Positions 1 through 9,278 of a stretch of 64,000 nt of DNA are shown piece by piece (within the stretch, counting starts at the first letter, position 1; every line of letters begins with the position of its first letter). The notes beneath the pieces were generated by a model. It was not told where the DNA came from, made no database searches, and worked only from the letters and a program-made list of their open reading frames with translations. The position numbers and the translations under genes are program-made. Source of the stretch: Candidatus Latescibacterota bacterium (GTDB lineage Bacteria; Latescibacterota; UBA2968; GCA-2709665); NCBI GenBank assembly GCA_965226795.1, contig CBDDDZ010000003.1, positions 224,001-288,000 of the forward strand, given 5' to 3'.

Positions 1-232
1 TTCCGTAGGCCAGTTCGATCGACGGATTGTAAAATGGCATGTCAATTCCCGTGCAGCGGATGACCTCCTTCCGGAAGCCGGGATTCCTGCAGAACTCCAC
101 GATGTACGTGGCGGCCCTGTCATCTGCGCGCCAGATCATGGAAGGGGGATTCTGGACCACGACGGCGCCGTCGGCGGGTGTAATCGGCGGGTGGCGGTCC
201 GGCGGCGGCGACGTATCGACGGCAAAAGCCAT
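1..232 (-). CDS. Partial CDS running off the left edge; N-terminus resembles DUF4962/heparinase II-III-like lyase N-terminal domain
   Basis: Manual translation from ATG 232: MAFAVDTSPPPDRHPPITPADGAVVVQNPPSMIWRADDRAATYIVEF..., open to the edge; PADGAxVxxNPPSxxW pattern recalled from that family. Confidence 0.5.
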   Translation of the reverse strand, partial: MAFAVDTSPPPDRHPPITPADGAVVVQNPPSMIWRADDRAATYIVEFCRNPGFRKEVIRCTGIDMPFYNPSIELAYG

Positions 233-634
233 GCGCTGGTTTCCAATTTAAGATCGACGTAAAAGGGTTCGGGACCTGCTCAGGCAGTACGCATCGGCCC
301 CGGCGACGATCAACAGATGCATCCGTGCCCGGCACGGATTCGCTATGCTCAGCCGCAACCAAAACTGTAAAACGCAATTATGCGCGGCCGAAAGAAGGTA
401 AAATCGTCCCGTACTAACGATGTGCTCGGCACAATATAGCATCCCCCGTGTGCTGCGGGCAAGCGCCTTGACATGCCGACGGTACAGGGGTATCTTTGCA
501 AGAGAGGCGAAAACGCGATATGCGCTCATCACGCCGGTGGTGTCCCGACCACATCAACGGACTTCTGATATCTTTGAATATCCGTGTCTTGGTGCAAGAC
601 ACGTTTCCCCAGACTTGCGTTTGAGGAGATGCTT

Positions 635-1321
635 ATGAAACAGTTTCGATGGCCGGTGATCGTATTCACTGTACTCTGGATTGGGGGGTGCGGCGCGCGG
701 GATCCCGTTAAGGAAATGCAGAAAAGCCTGGCAAACGCGCCCGAGTATATGATCATTCTGGAAGATATGAGAGAAGTGGGTACATTCTCCACGGACTATT
801 ACCATAAGTATACGGTGGTGCAGGGAAAGCGGCGGCGCACGACGGATTGGATCGAGGTACCCTACAAGGTTTATCGCCGGCACCAGGCGTTTCTTGGTAT
901 GGCCATTGTGGCCAAATCCGACAAAGGGGTGAACAATACGCCCCATCCGCCCGGATACCACTATGTCGGAAACTCGCGTTACGGGCAGTGGAATCAAGGA
1001 AGCGGAGGGAGTTTCTGGGCGTTCTACGGTCAATACGCGATGATGCGGAGTTTAATGGGTGGGGGCTACGGGCAGCAAATATACCGGAACGACTACGCCG
1101 ACTATCGCGGCAACCGCGATCGACGGCGGCCGTACTATGGGCGCAACCGCGAGTACGGTACCGAAGGGTCGGTCACCAAGAAGCAGAGGCCGGCGTTTTA
1201 CCAGCGCCGGCAACAGGCGATGGCAAACAGGCAGCGGTCCTTCTCCCAGAGGGTCAGGGACCGGTCCGGTCGCAGCAGGTCGGGCTTTGGCAGCCGCAGC
1301 AGAGGGGGGTTTGGAAAATGA
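635..1321 (+). CDS. Putative lipoprotein with Gly/Tyr/Arg-rich low-complexity C-terminus (PspA-DUF350 locus partner)
   Basis: GAGGAG RBS at 623-628, ATG 635; signal peptide ending IGGC; stop overlaps next start (ATGA). Confidence 0.75.
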   Translation: MKQFRWPVIVFTVLWIGGCGARDPVKEMQKSLANAPEYMIILEDMREVGTFSTDYYHKYTVVQGKRRRTTDWIEVPYKVYRRHQAFLGMAIVAKSDKGVNNTPHPPGYHYVGNSRYGQWNQGSGGSFWAFYGQYAMMRSLMGGGYGQQIYRNDYADYRGNRDRRRPYYGRNREYGTEGSVTKKQRPAFYQRRQQAMANRQRSFSQRVRDRSGRSRSGFGSRSRGGFGK

Positions 1322-2163
1322 TGTGGGACAGTTTGCTGGAATCGGGGATTTACCTGGTCTGCGCGTATGTATTGTTCTGGATTGGCAAGCTGGTATACGA
1401 CTGGACCACGCCGAGCTACCACGTGAAGGAAGAACTTGTCGAGAAAGACAACACCGCCCTGTCGGTGGCAATGGTGGGGTATTTTTTCGGACTGGTGATG
1501 GCCATAGGAGGCGTGATTTCCGGGCCGTCGCATGGGCTGGAGATTGACCTGATCGACGTACTCATTTACGGACCGCTGTCGATCGTGCTGATGAATCTGT
1601 CGCGGATCATCAACGACCGGTTGATCCTGCACCAGTTCTCGGTTCGGGATGAAATTATCCGGGATCAGAATGCCGGTACGGGAGCCGTTGTGTGCGCCTC
1701 GTACATCGCCACGGGTCTGGTGATTTTCGGTGCCGTGTCGGGCGAACTGGGGGGCGTGGGCACAACGGTCGTGTTCTGGGTGCTGGGACAGGCGGCGCTG
1801 GTGCTGGCGGGCGTTGTCTACAACTGGGTGACGCCTTACAATCTGCATGCGGAAATCGAACGGGACAACGTGGCGGCGGGCGTGGCTTTTGCGGGCGCAC
1901 TGGTAGGTATCGGAATTGTGGTGCGGCACGCGGTTGCCGGAGACTTGATTTCCTGGACAACGAGCCTGCAGGACTTCGCGCTTGAGGTGGTCCTCGGGAT
2001 GGTTCTGCTGATCGTAGTCCGGATTGCCACGGACAAAATCCTGTTGCCGGGCTTGAACCTGTCGGCGGAAATCTCGGATCCCGAGAAGCCGCACCTGGGC
2101 GCCGGATTTATAGAAGCGTTTTCGTACGTCGGCGCGTCGCTGCTGATCGTATGGGCCTTATAG
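1318..2163 (+). CDS. DUF350 (YjfL-like) membrane protein with two tandem DUF350 repeats
   Basis: Repeated EELVEKDNTALSV / DEIIRDQNAGTG / AEIERDNVAAGV motifs between TM helices; ATGA coupling. Confidence 0.8.
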   Translation: MMWDSLLESGIYLVCAYVLFWIGKLVYDWTTPSYHVKEELVEKDNTALSVAMVGYFFGLVMAIGGVISGPSHGLEIDLIDVLIYGPLSIVLMNLSRIINDRLILHQFSVRDEIIRDQNAGTGAVVCASYIATGLVIFGAVSGELGGVGTTVVFWVLGQAALVLAGVVYNWVTPYNLHAEIERDNVAAGVAFAGALVGIGIVVRHAVAGDLISWTTSLQDFALEVVLGMVLLIVVRIATDKILLPGLNLSAEISDPEKPHLGAGFIEAFSYVGASLLIVWAL

Positions 2164-2174
2164 AAAAGGGTACG

Positions 2175-2975
2175 ATGGGAAATCGCCTGAAGGACAAGGT
2201 CGCGATCGTGACCGGTGCAGGGGCGGTCGGGCCCGGTTGGGGTAACGGCAAGGCGGCGGCGGCTCTCTTTGCGCGAGAAGGTGCCCGTGTATTCGCCGTG
2301 GACATCAATTCGGAGGCTGCGGAGGAGACCCGTGACATTATCGTGCGTGAGGGAGGGGAATGTACGGCACACACAGCGGATGTGTCGCGGTCGGAAGACG
2401 TGGAAGCCATGGTCGGGCGGTGCCTCGAGGCATACGATCGTGTCGACGTCTTGCACAACAATGTCGGCATTCTGCATGTGGGCGGTTGCGTTGAACTCAG
2501 CGAGGCAACCTGGGATCGCGTGGTCGACGTGAATCTCAAGAGTATGTTCCTGACCTGTAAGCACGTACTTCCCCAGATGGAACGCCAGGGCGGAGGGGCG
2601 ATTGTGAATATTTCTTCCATTACGTCGATCCGCTGGCTGGGCGTGCCCTATGTTTCCTATAGCGCGACCAAGGGTGGGGTGAATCAACTCACCCAGAGTA
2701 TCGCCATGCAGTATGCAAGGAAGAATATCCGCGCCAACTCAATACTGCCCGGATTCATGAATACGCCCATGGTGGCGAAATCCCTTGCCGAATTCTACGC
2801 GAAAGGCGACGTGGAGAAGATGATTGAAATCCGCGACAATCAGTGTCCCATGGGCCGGATGGGCGATGCCTGGGACGTGGCTTACGCCGCCTTGTATCTG
2901 GCTTCGGACGAGGCGAAATACGTCACCGGCGCCGAACTCGTCGTGGACGGTGGGCTGACGTGTAAGGCTGTATAG
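2175..2975 (+). CDS. Short-chain dehydrogenase/reductase (SDR)
   Basis: VAIVTGAG...GNG, NNVG, YSATK catalytic YxxxK, VTGAELVVDGG. Confidence 0.92.
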   Translation: MGNRLKDKVAIVTGAGAVGPGWGNGKAAAALFAREGARVFAVDINSEAAEETRDIIVREGGECTAHTADVSRSEDVEAMVGRCLEAYDRVDVLHNNVGILHVGGCVELSEATWDRVVDVNLKSMFLTCKHVLPQMERQGGGAIVNISSITSIRWLGVPYVSYSATKGGVNQLTQSIAMQYARKNIRANSILPGFMNTPMVAKSLAEFYAKGDVEKMIEIRDNQCPMGRMGDAWDVAYAALYLASDEAKYVTGAELVVDGGLTCKAV

Positions 2976-2996
2976 CGGGGGACAGAAGAAGAGGGT

Positions 2997-4601
2997 ATGG
3001 CGGCAAAAAACAGCGTCCCCGAAGACTGTGGAGCCAGCGAAGCGACCCATGCGGTAACGCCGGGCGGTTCGGGAAGAGGCCGGCTGTTGAAGGCGTGTCT
3101 GTTCGCGACCGGCCTGTCGGGTATCGTATCGGAATTCGTGCTGTCCACGCTGGCCAGCTACCTGCTGGGAAACACGACGTTGCAGTGGACGCTGGTGATG
3201 TCGTTGATGTTCTTTACGATGGGGCTCGGAAGCCGGCTGAGCCGGTACCTTTCGGAGCGGTTACTGGACCGGTTTATTGCAATTGAGTTCATTCTTTCGG
3301 CGCTGTGTACAACATCCGCCGCAGCGGCCTATTGGGGTACGGCGTTCGTCGGAGAGGCGAGCGCCGTTATTTATGGTTATGCTGGAGCGATAGGATTTCT
3401 GATTGGCCTGGAGATTCCACTGGTAACGCGCATGAATAACGCCTATGAGGTGCTGCGAACCAATATCGCGTCCGTCATGGAGAAGGACTACTACGGCGCA
3501 CTGGCGGGTGGGTTGCTATTTGCGTTTTTCGCGTTGCCGAAGCTGGGTCTGACCTATACGCCCATCGCCCTGGGAACCGTGAATTTCGCTGTCGCCTCCG
3601 CGCTGCTGTGGCGATATCGAGGCCTGCTGGTGCGGCGCCGGGCGCTGATCGCCGCGTTCTGGGTCACCGCGGCCGGACTGGTCGCCCTGGGCGCATACAT
3701 GAAGCCGATTGTGCGGTTCGGCGAGCAGAGCCGACATCGAGACCGCGTGATTTTCGAGACGCAAACCCCCTATCAGCGGATTGTGATGACGGAGTGGAAA
3801 GGGTATCACTGGCTGTACCTGAACGGCGGAATGCAATTCAGCACGTACGACGAAGAACGTTACCACGAACCACTCGTGCATCCGGCAATGGGATTGGCGG
3901 CATCCAGGGAGCGGGTGCTGATTCTGGGTGGGGGCGATGGACTGGCGCTCCGGGAAGTATTGAAATACGGCGACGTAAAACGTGTGACACTGGTGGACCT
4001 GGACCCGGAAGTGATCCGGCTGGCGCGAACCCATCCTGTGTTCATTGAGGCCAATGCAGGGGCGCTGGACGATGAACGTGTCGAAGTCGTCAACCGGGAC
4101 GCGGGGCGGTTTCTGGCAGACGCCGAGGAAATTTATGATGTCATTCTGGTTGATTTGCCGGACCCCAAGGGGCCGGACCTCGCGCGATTATATGCAAAGG
4201 AGTTCTATACGGCCTGCAAACGGCATCTCTCCCGGTACGGAATTCTCGTGACGCAGAGTTCAAGTCCTCTCCACGCCAGACGGGCGTTTCTGTGCGTTTA
4301 CCAGACCCTGAAGGCGGCAGGGTTCCATGTCGTGCCCTATCACAACGCGATTCCGACCATGGGAGATTGGGGATGGCAACTGGGCATGAAGGCGGAGGTG
4401 ATTAAGGAACCGGACTTGAAGCGGCGGGCACTCGCGCTGAATTTTTCAGACGTCGAAACGGTCTTCCTGAACCGCGAGGCGATGGCGGGCATGTTGCATT
4501 TCTGGAAGGGGATGTTCGATGACATCTCCAACGTGGCGGTAAACACGGAACTTGCGCCTGTGGTAGACAGTTATTACAGGGAAGGAGAGTGGGGCTGGTA
4601 A
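2997..4601 (+). CDS. speE: Polyamine aminopropyltransferase (spermidine synthase-like) with N-terminal membrane domain
   Basis: Multi-TM N-terminus, then TPYQRI, YHEPLVHP, VLILGGGDG, LVDLD, DLPDP motifs. Confidence 0.88.
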   Translation: MAAKNSVPEDCGASEATHAVTPGGSGRGRLLKACLFATGLSGIVSEFVLSTLASYLLGNTTLQWTLVMSLMFFTMGLGSRLSRYLSERLLDRFIAIEFILSALCTTSAAAAYWGTAFVGEASAVIYGYAGAIGFLIGLEIPLVTRMNNAYEVLRTNIASVMEKDYYGALAGGLLFAFFALPKLGLTYTPIALGTVNFAVASALLWRYRGLLVRRRALIAAFWVTAAGLVALGAYMKPIVRFGEQSRHRDRVIFETQTPYQRIVMTEWKGYHWLYLNGGMQFSTYDEERYHEPLVHPAMGLAASRERVLILGGGDGLALREVLKYGDVKRVTLVDLDPEVIRLARTHPVFIEANAGALDDERVEVVNRDAGRFLADAEEIYDVILVDLPDPKGPDLARLYAKEFYTACKRHLSRYGILVTQSSSPLHARRAFLCVYQTLKAAGFHVVPYHNAIPTMGDWGWQLGMKAEVIKEPDLKRRALALNFSDVETVFLNREAMAGMLHFWKGMFDDISNVAVNTELAPVVDSYYREGEWGW

Positions 4602-4610
4602 ACGCGAATT

Positions 4611-4710
4611 TCGGTGATAAGGTAGACGTTAGAGGACCATCCCCGGCCCCAGTGGTCTTTCGCACTCTGCCTTTTCTCACGTCTTCCGTCTAGCTTCTCA
4701 CTGCCTTTCG
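4611..4710. repeat. Degenerate heptamer (GTGAGAC/GTCTCAC-like) palindromic element, copy 1
   Basis: tcggtgataaggtagacgttaga...ttctcacgtcttccgtctagcttctcactgcc resembles 34721-34812. Confidence 0.5.
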
Positions 4711-4832
4711 TGGTTGCCCACATCCTGGCGTTGACAATGGCAATTGACCACGCTGGTCCGTATCGTTAACCGAATTCAGCTGATTACTGTTAGCTGACGG
4801 CTGTTTTTCCTGATCGCTGACTGCTGCCCGCT

Positions 4833-5090
4833 AATTGCTGCTCGTACCCAGAAAGCCACGCAGAGTTCGAACGCGATGCCTTTCGAGAGGACTTCCAGAG
4901 CATAGCGCGAGGTTTCGTCCAGCACCGGGTACCGATGTTTTTCCGTGGCTGGCAGGGCAGCAGGTCATGTGCAACCCGTGAGGCAATTTGCGCTGTGCAT
5001 ATGGCAGGCCCCGCGCCTAGCGGCGACTTTTGGTTCCTTTTGGTCGCGTCAAAAGGAACTCGCCGAAGGCAGGAAATATGGGGGAAGTGG
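4833..5090 (+). repeat. Structured dispersed element, subfamily A copy 1
   Basis: Aligns with 8886-9150 and reverse complement of 35021-35275; core CGTCCAGC-N29-CAGGGC-N16-CCCGTGAGGCAATT; 3' hairpin GTTCCTTTTG/CAAAAGGAAC. Confidence 0.85.
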
Positions 5091-5149
5091 TTTTTTCGCT
5101 TTTGGCTGATTGCTGATAGTTTGTTGTTAAACCAGAAAGAGTTCGTACA

Positions 5150-5821
5150 ATGGACTTTGACGAAATCAAACACCGTCTCTCCCGCCTGGACACCGCGTGC
5201 GTCTGCGATGGATATAAGGCGCTCCATAAACCCGTCAGGGCCGTCGACCCCGCTGTCCGGTCCATCACGCCCGGCCTCCGCCTGATCGGGCGCGCGCATA
5301 CGGTGACCTGCCGCGAGGACTTTCTGACCGTGATCCTGGCCCTGCGCGATGCCTTGCCAGGGGAGGTCCTGGTGATCGATTCTCAGGGGAGCCGGAAGGC
5401 GCTGACCGGGGAACTGTTTCCTACCGAGGCGAGGCGCAAGGGGCTGGCCGGGATCGTCAACGACGGACCGTGCAGGGATACGGCCGCCATTCGTCGGTTG
5501 GGATTTCCCTATTTCGCACGGTCGGTCAACCCGGTTGCCGGAACAACGGATAGGCTCTTCGAGACGCAGATCCCGATTTCATGCGGCGGCGTTCGCGTTC
5601 ATCCGGGCGAGATCGTTTTCGGAGACGACGACGGACTGATCGTAGCGGCTGACGAGGAGATAGCCGAGGTGATACCCATTGCGGAAGGGGTACAGAGGAA
5701 AGAGGCGCGCCTGCTTGCGGAAATGGAAAAAGGCGTGAGTCTGATCGAGATGCTGAACGTCGACGAACACTGCGCAAAAATACGCGCCGGCCAGGAGAGC
5801 AGATTGCGGTTCCTGGTCTGA
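5150..5821 (+). CDS. RraA/HMG-aldolase family protein
   Basis: DTACVCD, GRAHTV, GEVLVID, GxCRD, VHPGEIVFGDDDG. Confidence 0.88.
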   Translation: MDFDEIKHRLSRLDTACVCDGYKALHKPVRAVDPAVRSITPGLRLIGRAHTVTCREDFLTVILALRDALPGEVLVIDSQGSRKALTGELFPTEARRKGLAGIVNDGPCRDTAAIRRLGFPYFARSVNPVAGTTDRLFETQIPISCGGVRVHPGEIVFGDDDGLIVAADEEIAEVIPIAEGVQRKEARLLAEMEKGVSLIEMLNVDEHCAKIRAGQESRLRFLV

Positions 5822-5896
5822 CCGGATAGAGTGACAATGGGAAAAGGGCTTACGACAACTGTCGTAAGCCCTTTCCTTTTCTCAAAGCTGCAATGT

Positions 5897-6430
5897 CTAT
5901 TCGGATGGCAGGATGTCGCTGAACTGGTATTCCTCTACGATTTCGCCGATCGAGGCTTCGAAGTCGTCCTCGCCCCACTGTTCGATGGACAGGGTCTTTC
6001 GTTCGGAATCGTCCAGGTAATCCCAGACGATCAATTCCCGCGGAGGGTCTGCTCCGTCTTTGTAAAATTCGCCGGCGTCGGAGGATTCCGCGAAATAGGT
6101 GACGCCGTTGCAGGTTACCTCTTCAGGCGGGTCTTCGTGTTCGACGACGTGGGACTGCGGGTCGCCGTCAATCCGGGAGATAGGCACCTTGCGTGAAAGG
6201 GTCCAGCAAAGGCCGTCATCCTCCTCCCGTTCCAGGTACACGACGTCATCGGCGCAGGTCAATTCCCATTCGTCCACGCGGTCTCCGTCGTAATCGTAAT
6301 AATTCTGTGCGGTGACCTTCCAGGTCTTGAGGTCATAATCGACCACGTAACCGGGCTTGAGGTCGGACAGTGTGAAGTCGACCACAGGGTCGGATTCGTC
6401 CCTTTTTTTCTTGAAGGGATTCCAGCTCAT
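5897..6430 (-). CDS. DUF4178 domain protein
   Basis: LKPGYVVDYDLKTWKV, EWEL, YLEREEDDGL, LSIEQW pattern; directly downstream of PspA. Confidence 0.72.
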   Translation of the reverse strand: MSWNPFKKKRDESDPVVDFTLSDLKPGYVVDYDLKTWKVTAQNYYDYDGDRVDEWELTCADDVVYLEREEDDGLCWTLSRKVPISRIDGDPQSHVVEHEDPPEEVTCNGVTYFAESSDAGEFYKDGADPPRELIVWDYLDDSERKTLSIEQWGEDDFEASIGEIVEEYQFSDILPSE

Positions 6431-6487
6431 GGGATCACCACCTCCGCACCAGGTACCTGAATTCCCGGCGACGACGAAGTGCCGGAT

Positions 6488-7189
6488 TTACGCTTGAATT
6501 CCCATTTTACTTTTAAGTTCGGCCAGTTTGTCGGAGCCGGGGTTCTTTTCCTCTAACGCGGAGTCGATCTCTTCGTCCACACTCTTGGAAGCGTCGGCCA
6601 CCTCGCCGTAGGCCTGCGACAGGGACTCGTCTTCTTCCACCCGCTCCTTCATGCGTTCGAGCATGGCAAGCGTGCCGTGAGAGTCCACTTTCGCGAGTTG
6701 CTTGTTGATCTTCTTTGTTGCCGCGGCCGTCCGGGCCCGGGCACGCAGCGTCACCAGGTCGTTTTCGTATCCGGCCACGGAGGATTTGAGTTTGTCCACC
6801 TGGGTCTGCAGCTGAGCGGCCATTTCCTCCTGCTGTTTGGCGCTCTGGTTAAGCGTGGCGGCCCGGTTCACGTTTTCCTCTTTACGAGCGAGCGCTTCCC
6901 CGGCAAGGCGGTCGGCTTCGGTATCGTCGATATCGTTATTCTGGGCCTTTTGAAGCAGCGCCATGGCTTTGCGTTCATAGTCTGCCGCGGCCTTCTTGCT
7001 GTCCGATGCCTGTTTACGCAACCGGATGCCCTGCCCTTTGACTTCGGCGAGACTGGTCATGGCGTCACTCAGATCTTTCTTGAGATCCCGGATGCCCTGT
7101 TCCGTCAGGCGAATCGGATCTTCGAATTTGTCGATGGCAGCGTGTACTTCGGCTTGACCCACGCGAAATATGCGTTGAAAGATGCCCAT
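6488..7189 (-). CDS. pspA: PspA/IM30 family protein
   Basis: MGIFQRI...EDPIRLTEQGIRDL, coiled coil, LKSKMG terminus. Confidence 0.9.
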   Translation of the reverse strand: MGIFQRIFRVGQAEVHAAIDKFEDPIRLTEQGIRDLKKDLSDAMTSLAEVKGQGIRLRKQASDSKKAAADYERKAMALLQKAQNNDIDDTEADRLAGEALARKEENVNRAATLNQSAKQQEEMAAQLQTQVDKLKSSVAGYENDLVTLRARARTAAATKKINKQLAKVDSHGTLAMLERMKERVEEDESLSQAYGEVADASKSVDEEIDSALEEKNPGSDKLAELKSKMGIQA

Positions 7190-7280
7190 GGCGTACTCCT
7201 GTCTGATATGAAATTCAGAGGCCGGGGATCGGAAAACGTAACGGATTGCATCTCCGTGGGTTCGATCCCCACTCTCACTA

Positions 7281-7673
7281 TTATTTGCTGTAACTCAAGA
7301 GTTCTTCGGCGTTCTCGCCCAGGGCCAGGCCCAGCGCGCTGACCGTGCCTTCGATTTCCGCCCGGTCCAGCGTATCGAGGCGAAGTGTATCACGGAACAG
7401 AACGGTTCCGGTTTCCTCGTCGAGGGCGAAGGCGCCGTGGATGAGTGTCCGGTTTAATTCCAGCAGACGCTTGTAGAGGTCGCCGGGGTTTTTCGGGATA
7501 GGCATGATGGCCTGTTCCAGGATGAGAATGGGATCTTCACAGTCGACAATGAGCCGGTGGATCCCCCGGTCTTCGTCGGTGACGACCACCAGTTCCTCGC
7601 CGGAATCTTCTTCTTCAATGACCAGCTCGAGGTCCTGAAGATAGGCTTTGACGGTATCAAAGTGCCGCGACAT
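7281..7673 (-). CDS. YbjN/CesT-type chaperone-like protein
   Basis: 130 aa acidic protein, LYKRLLELNRTLIHGAFALDE motif, upstream of pspA. Confidence 0.72.
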   Translation of the reverse strand: MSRHFDTVKAYLQDLELVIEEEDSGEELVVVTDEDRGIHRLIVDCEDPILILEQAIMPIPKNPGDLYKRLLELNRTLIHGAFALDEETGTVLFRDTLRLDTLDRAEIEGTVSALGLALGENAEELLSYSK

Positions 7674-7765
7674 GAAAACTCCTTTGAAATTGCGCTGACA
7701 AGAACTGACCGCTCGTTCGTAAATATATGATTCTCAAGAGTGTATTTTGTTTCAAAAAAAACTTC

Positions 7766-8176
7766 TCAGATATTCAGCATCTTCCCCACGCGGGCGGCGA
7801 GGGACTCGGGCGTTGCGGGCTTTTCCAGGATATGCCCGTGTGAGATACCGAGACCGGCAAGTTCCTCCAGGCGATCCGGACCTGGGATTTCGATGAGAAC
7901 CAGCATTGGAAGACGGGCGAGCATTTTTCGAATGAAACGAATGCAATCGGGCCCGCTGATTTCCGGTAGATCGTATGCGAGAATGACGAGGGCGTACGCC
8001 CTGGGATTTTCGGCGAGGGTTTCCAGGGCGCTGCGACCGTCGGTGACCACGTCCAGTTCGACGTTCCGATGATCGAACAGACCACCGGCGAGGGCCATGG
8101 CTGTAGGTCCATCTTCCGCGAGCAGAATTCTGGGCAAACCAGGGACCGTCTTTAATTCGGGTTGACTCCGGGTCAT
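7766..8176 (-). CDS. Single-domain response regulator receiver, atypical (phospho-Asp absent)
   Basis: RILLAED, DGRSAL, LVILAYDLPEISG, LEKP; start uncertain (8176 or 8248). Confidence 0.7.
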   Translation of the reverse strand: MTRSQPELKTVPGLPRILLAEDGPTAMALAGGLFDHRNVELDVVTDGRSALETLAENPRAYALVILAYDLPEISGPDCIRFIRKMLARLPMLVLIEIPGPDRLEELAGLGISHGHILEKPATPESLAARVGKMLNI

Positions 8177-8280
8177 ACATCCGGGTGACAAATATACGGA
8201 ATTCGCCAGATGGGCCAACCATTTTCTTTTTTTGATAGGCATTGTCATCCGGCCGCACCCGCCGGAGGCATGGTGAAACT

Positions 8281-8558
8281 GGGAAAACAGCGAATGATTG
8301 GGTTGTGCTCGGGGTCTGTGAGGTCATTTTTCTCTCTTCTCCTTGTTTTTTCTTTTTTTACGTCCTTTTTCTTTCTCGCCAAAGAAAAAGGACCAAAAAG
8401 AACGGCGCCGTTCGGCACGGGGCCGGTTTTTACACGAATCTCCTCTCGGGTAAATGCAGGCGCCTGTGCCCTGCGGGCGGGAAAGGCTACCCCAAGCGTC
8501 GGTGCTGTACGGATTAACGCGTAAAAACCCCCCACACCGCCACCGGGCGGCCGTGAGC
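8281..8558 (-). repeat. Structured dispersed element, subfamily B copy 1
   Basis: Reverse complement matches the other B copies: GGGGGTTTTTACGCG...CCGTACAGC-N30-CAGGGC...GATTCGTGTAAAAACC...TTCTTTTTGGTCCTTTTTCTT/AAGAAAAAGGAC. Confidence 0.85.
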
Positions 8559-8654
8559 TATACCGGAAAGGATCGGCGCTCGGTCTTGCGTTTGTACCGC
8601 CTTTAGCCCGATTATTTCATGAATTGTCATGGATGTTGAAATCCGCTTGAATAT

Positions 8655-8759
8655 AGATGGCGTTCTCCGATCAATCAGAGCATATATAAAAAAGCGTTAA
8701 CTTAAAGCCTGGTTCAGCTCCCCCTCTCCTCGCAGGAGAGGGGGCTGGGGGGAGAGGTC
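8655..8759 (+). repeat. 105-bp repeat ending in CCCCTCTCC/GGAGAGGGG palindrome, copy 1
   Basis: Colinear and same length as 18667-18771. Confidence 0.7.
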
Positions 8760-8805
8760 CCCGGGACCGAGGGCTTCCAGCCCTCGTCGCGCCGTTGTTG
8801 CATTT

Positions 8806-8830
8806 GTAGGGGCAACTTTCAAAGTTGCCC
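8806..8830 (+). repeat. GTAG-type REP palindrome
   Basis: GTAG-GGGCAACTTT-C-AAAGTTGCCC. Confidence 0.75.
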
Positions 8831-8885
8831 GCGACGCGGCGCAGATATTGCTTGTTGACATCGCCGGGCCGTACGGGTGACCGAT

Positions 8886-9150
8886 AATTGCTGCTCGCAG
8901 TCAGGAAGCTACGCCGGTTACGACCGCGACGCCATTCCAGAGCACTATCAGAGCAGAGCGCGTGGTTCCGTCCAACTCGGGAGATCGATATCCACTTTCG
9001 CAGGTAGGGCAGAAGTTTCGGTGCATCCCGTGAGGCAATTCGCGCTGTGCATATGGCAGGCGCCGCGCCTAACGGCGACTTTTGGTTCCTTTTGGTCGCT
9101 TCAAAAGGAACCCGCCGGAGGCAGGGAATTTTGGGAGATGTGGATATTGA
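8886..9150 (+). repeat. Structured dispersed element, subfamily A copy 2
   Basis: Core CCGTCCAAC-N28-TAGGGC-N16-CCCGTGAGGCAATTCGCG; same 3' hairpin as A1. Confidence 0.85.
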
Positions 9151-9278
9151 ATTTGGTTAACGCTTTAAGCTGACAGGTTAACGCTGACTCCTGGTTGTGT
9201 TTTGTTTGCCGTGTAGAGTCATTATATTTCAGTCGCCGTTCCCATTTGAGAGCCGATCGCATACACGATGAGGCATCG

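Noticed and set aside
847..1317. Upstream extension of the DUF350 ORF
   Set aside because: Overlaps the lipoprotein gene; ATGA coupling indicates a start at 1318.
8245..8535. Short ORFs over the repeats (e.g. GPVPNGAVLFGPFS peptides, also 35449, 4790, 34927)
   Set aside because: Frames, starts and stops differ between copies; indels are not multiples of three; shared peptides follow from the DNA repeat.
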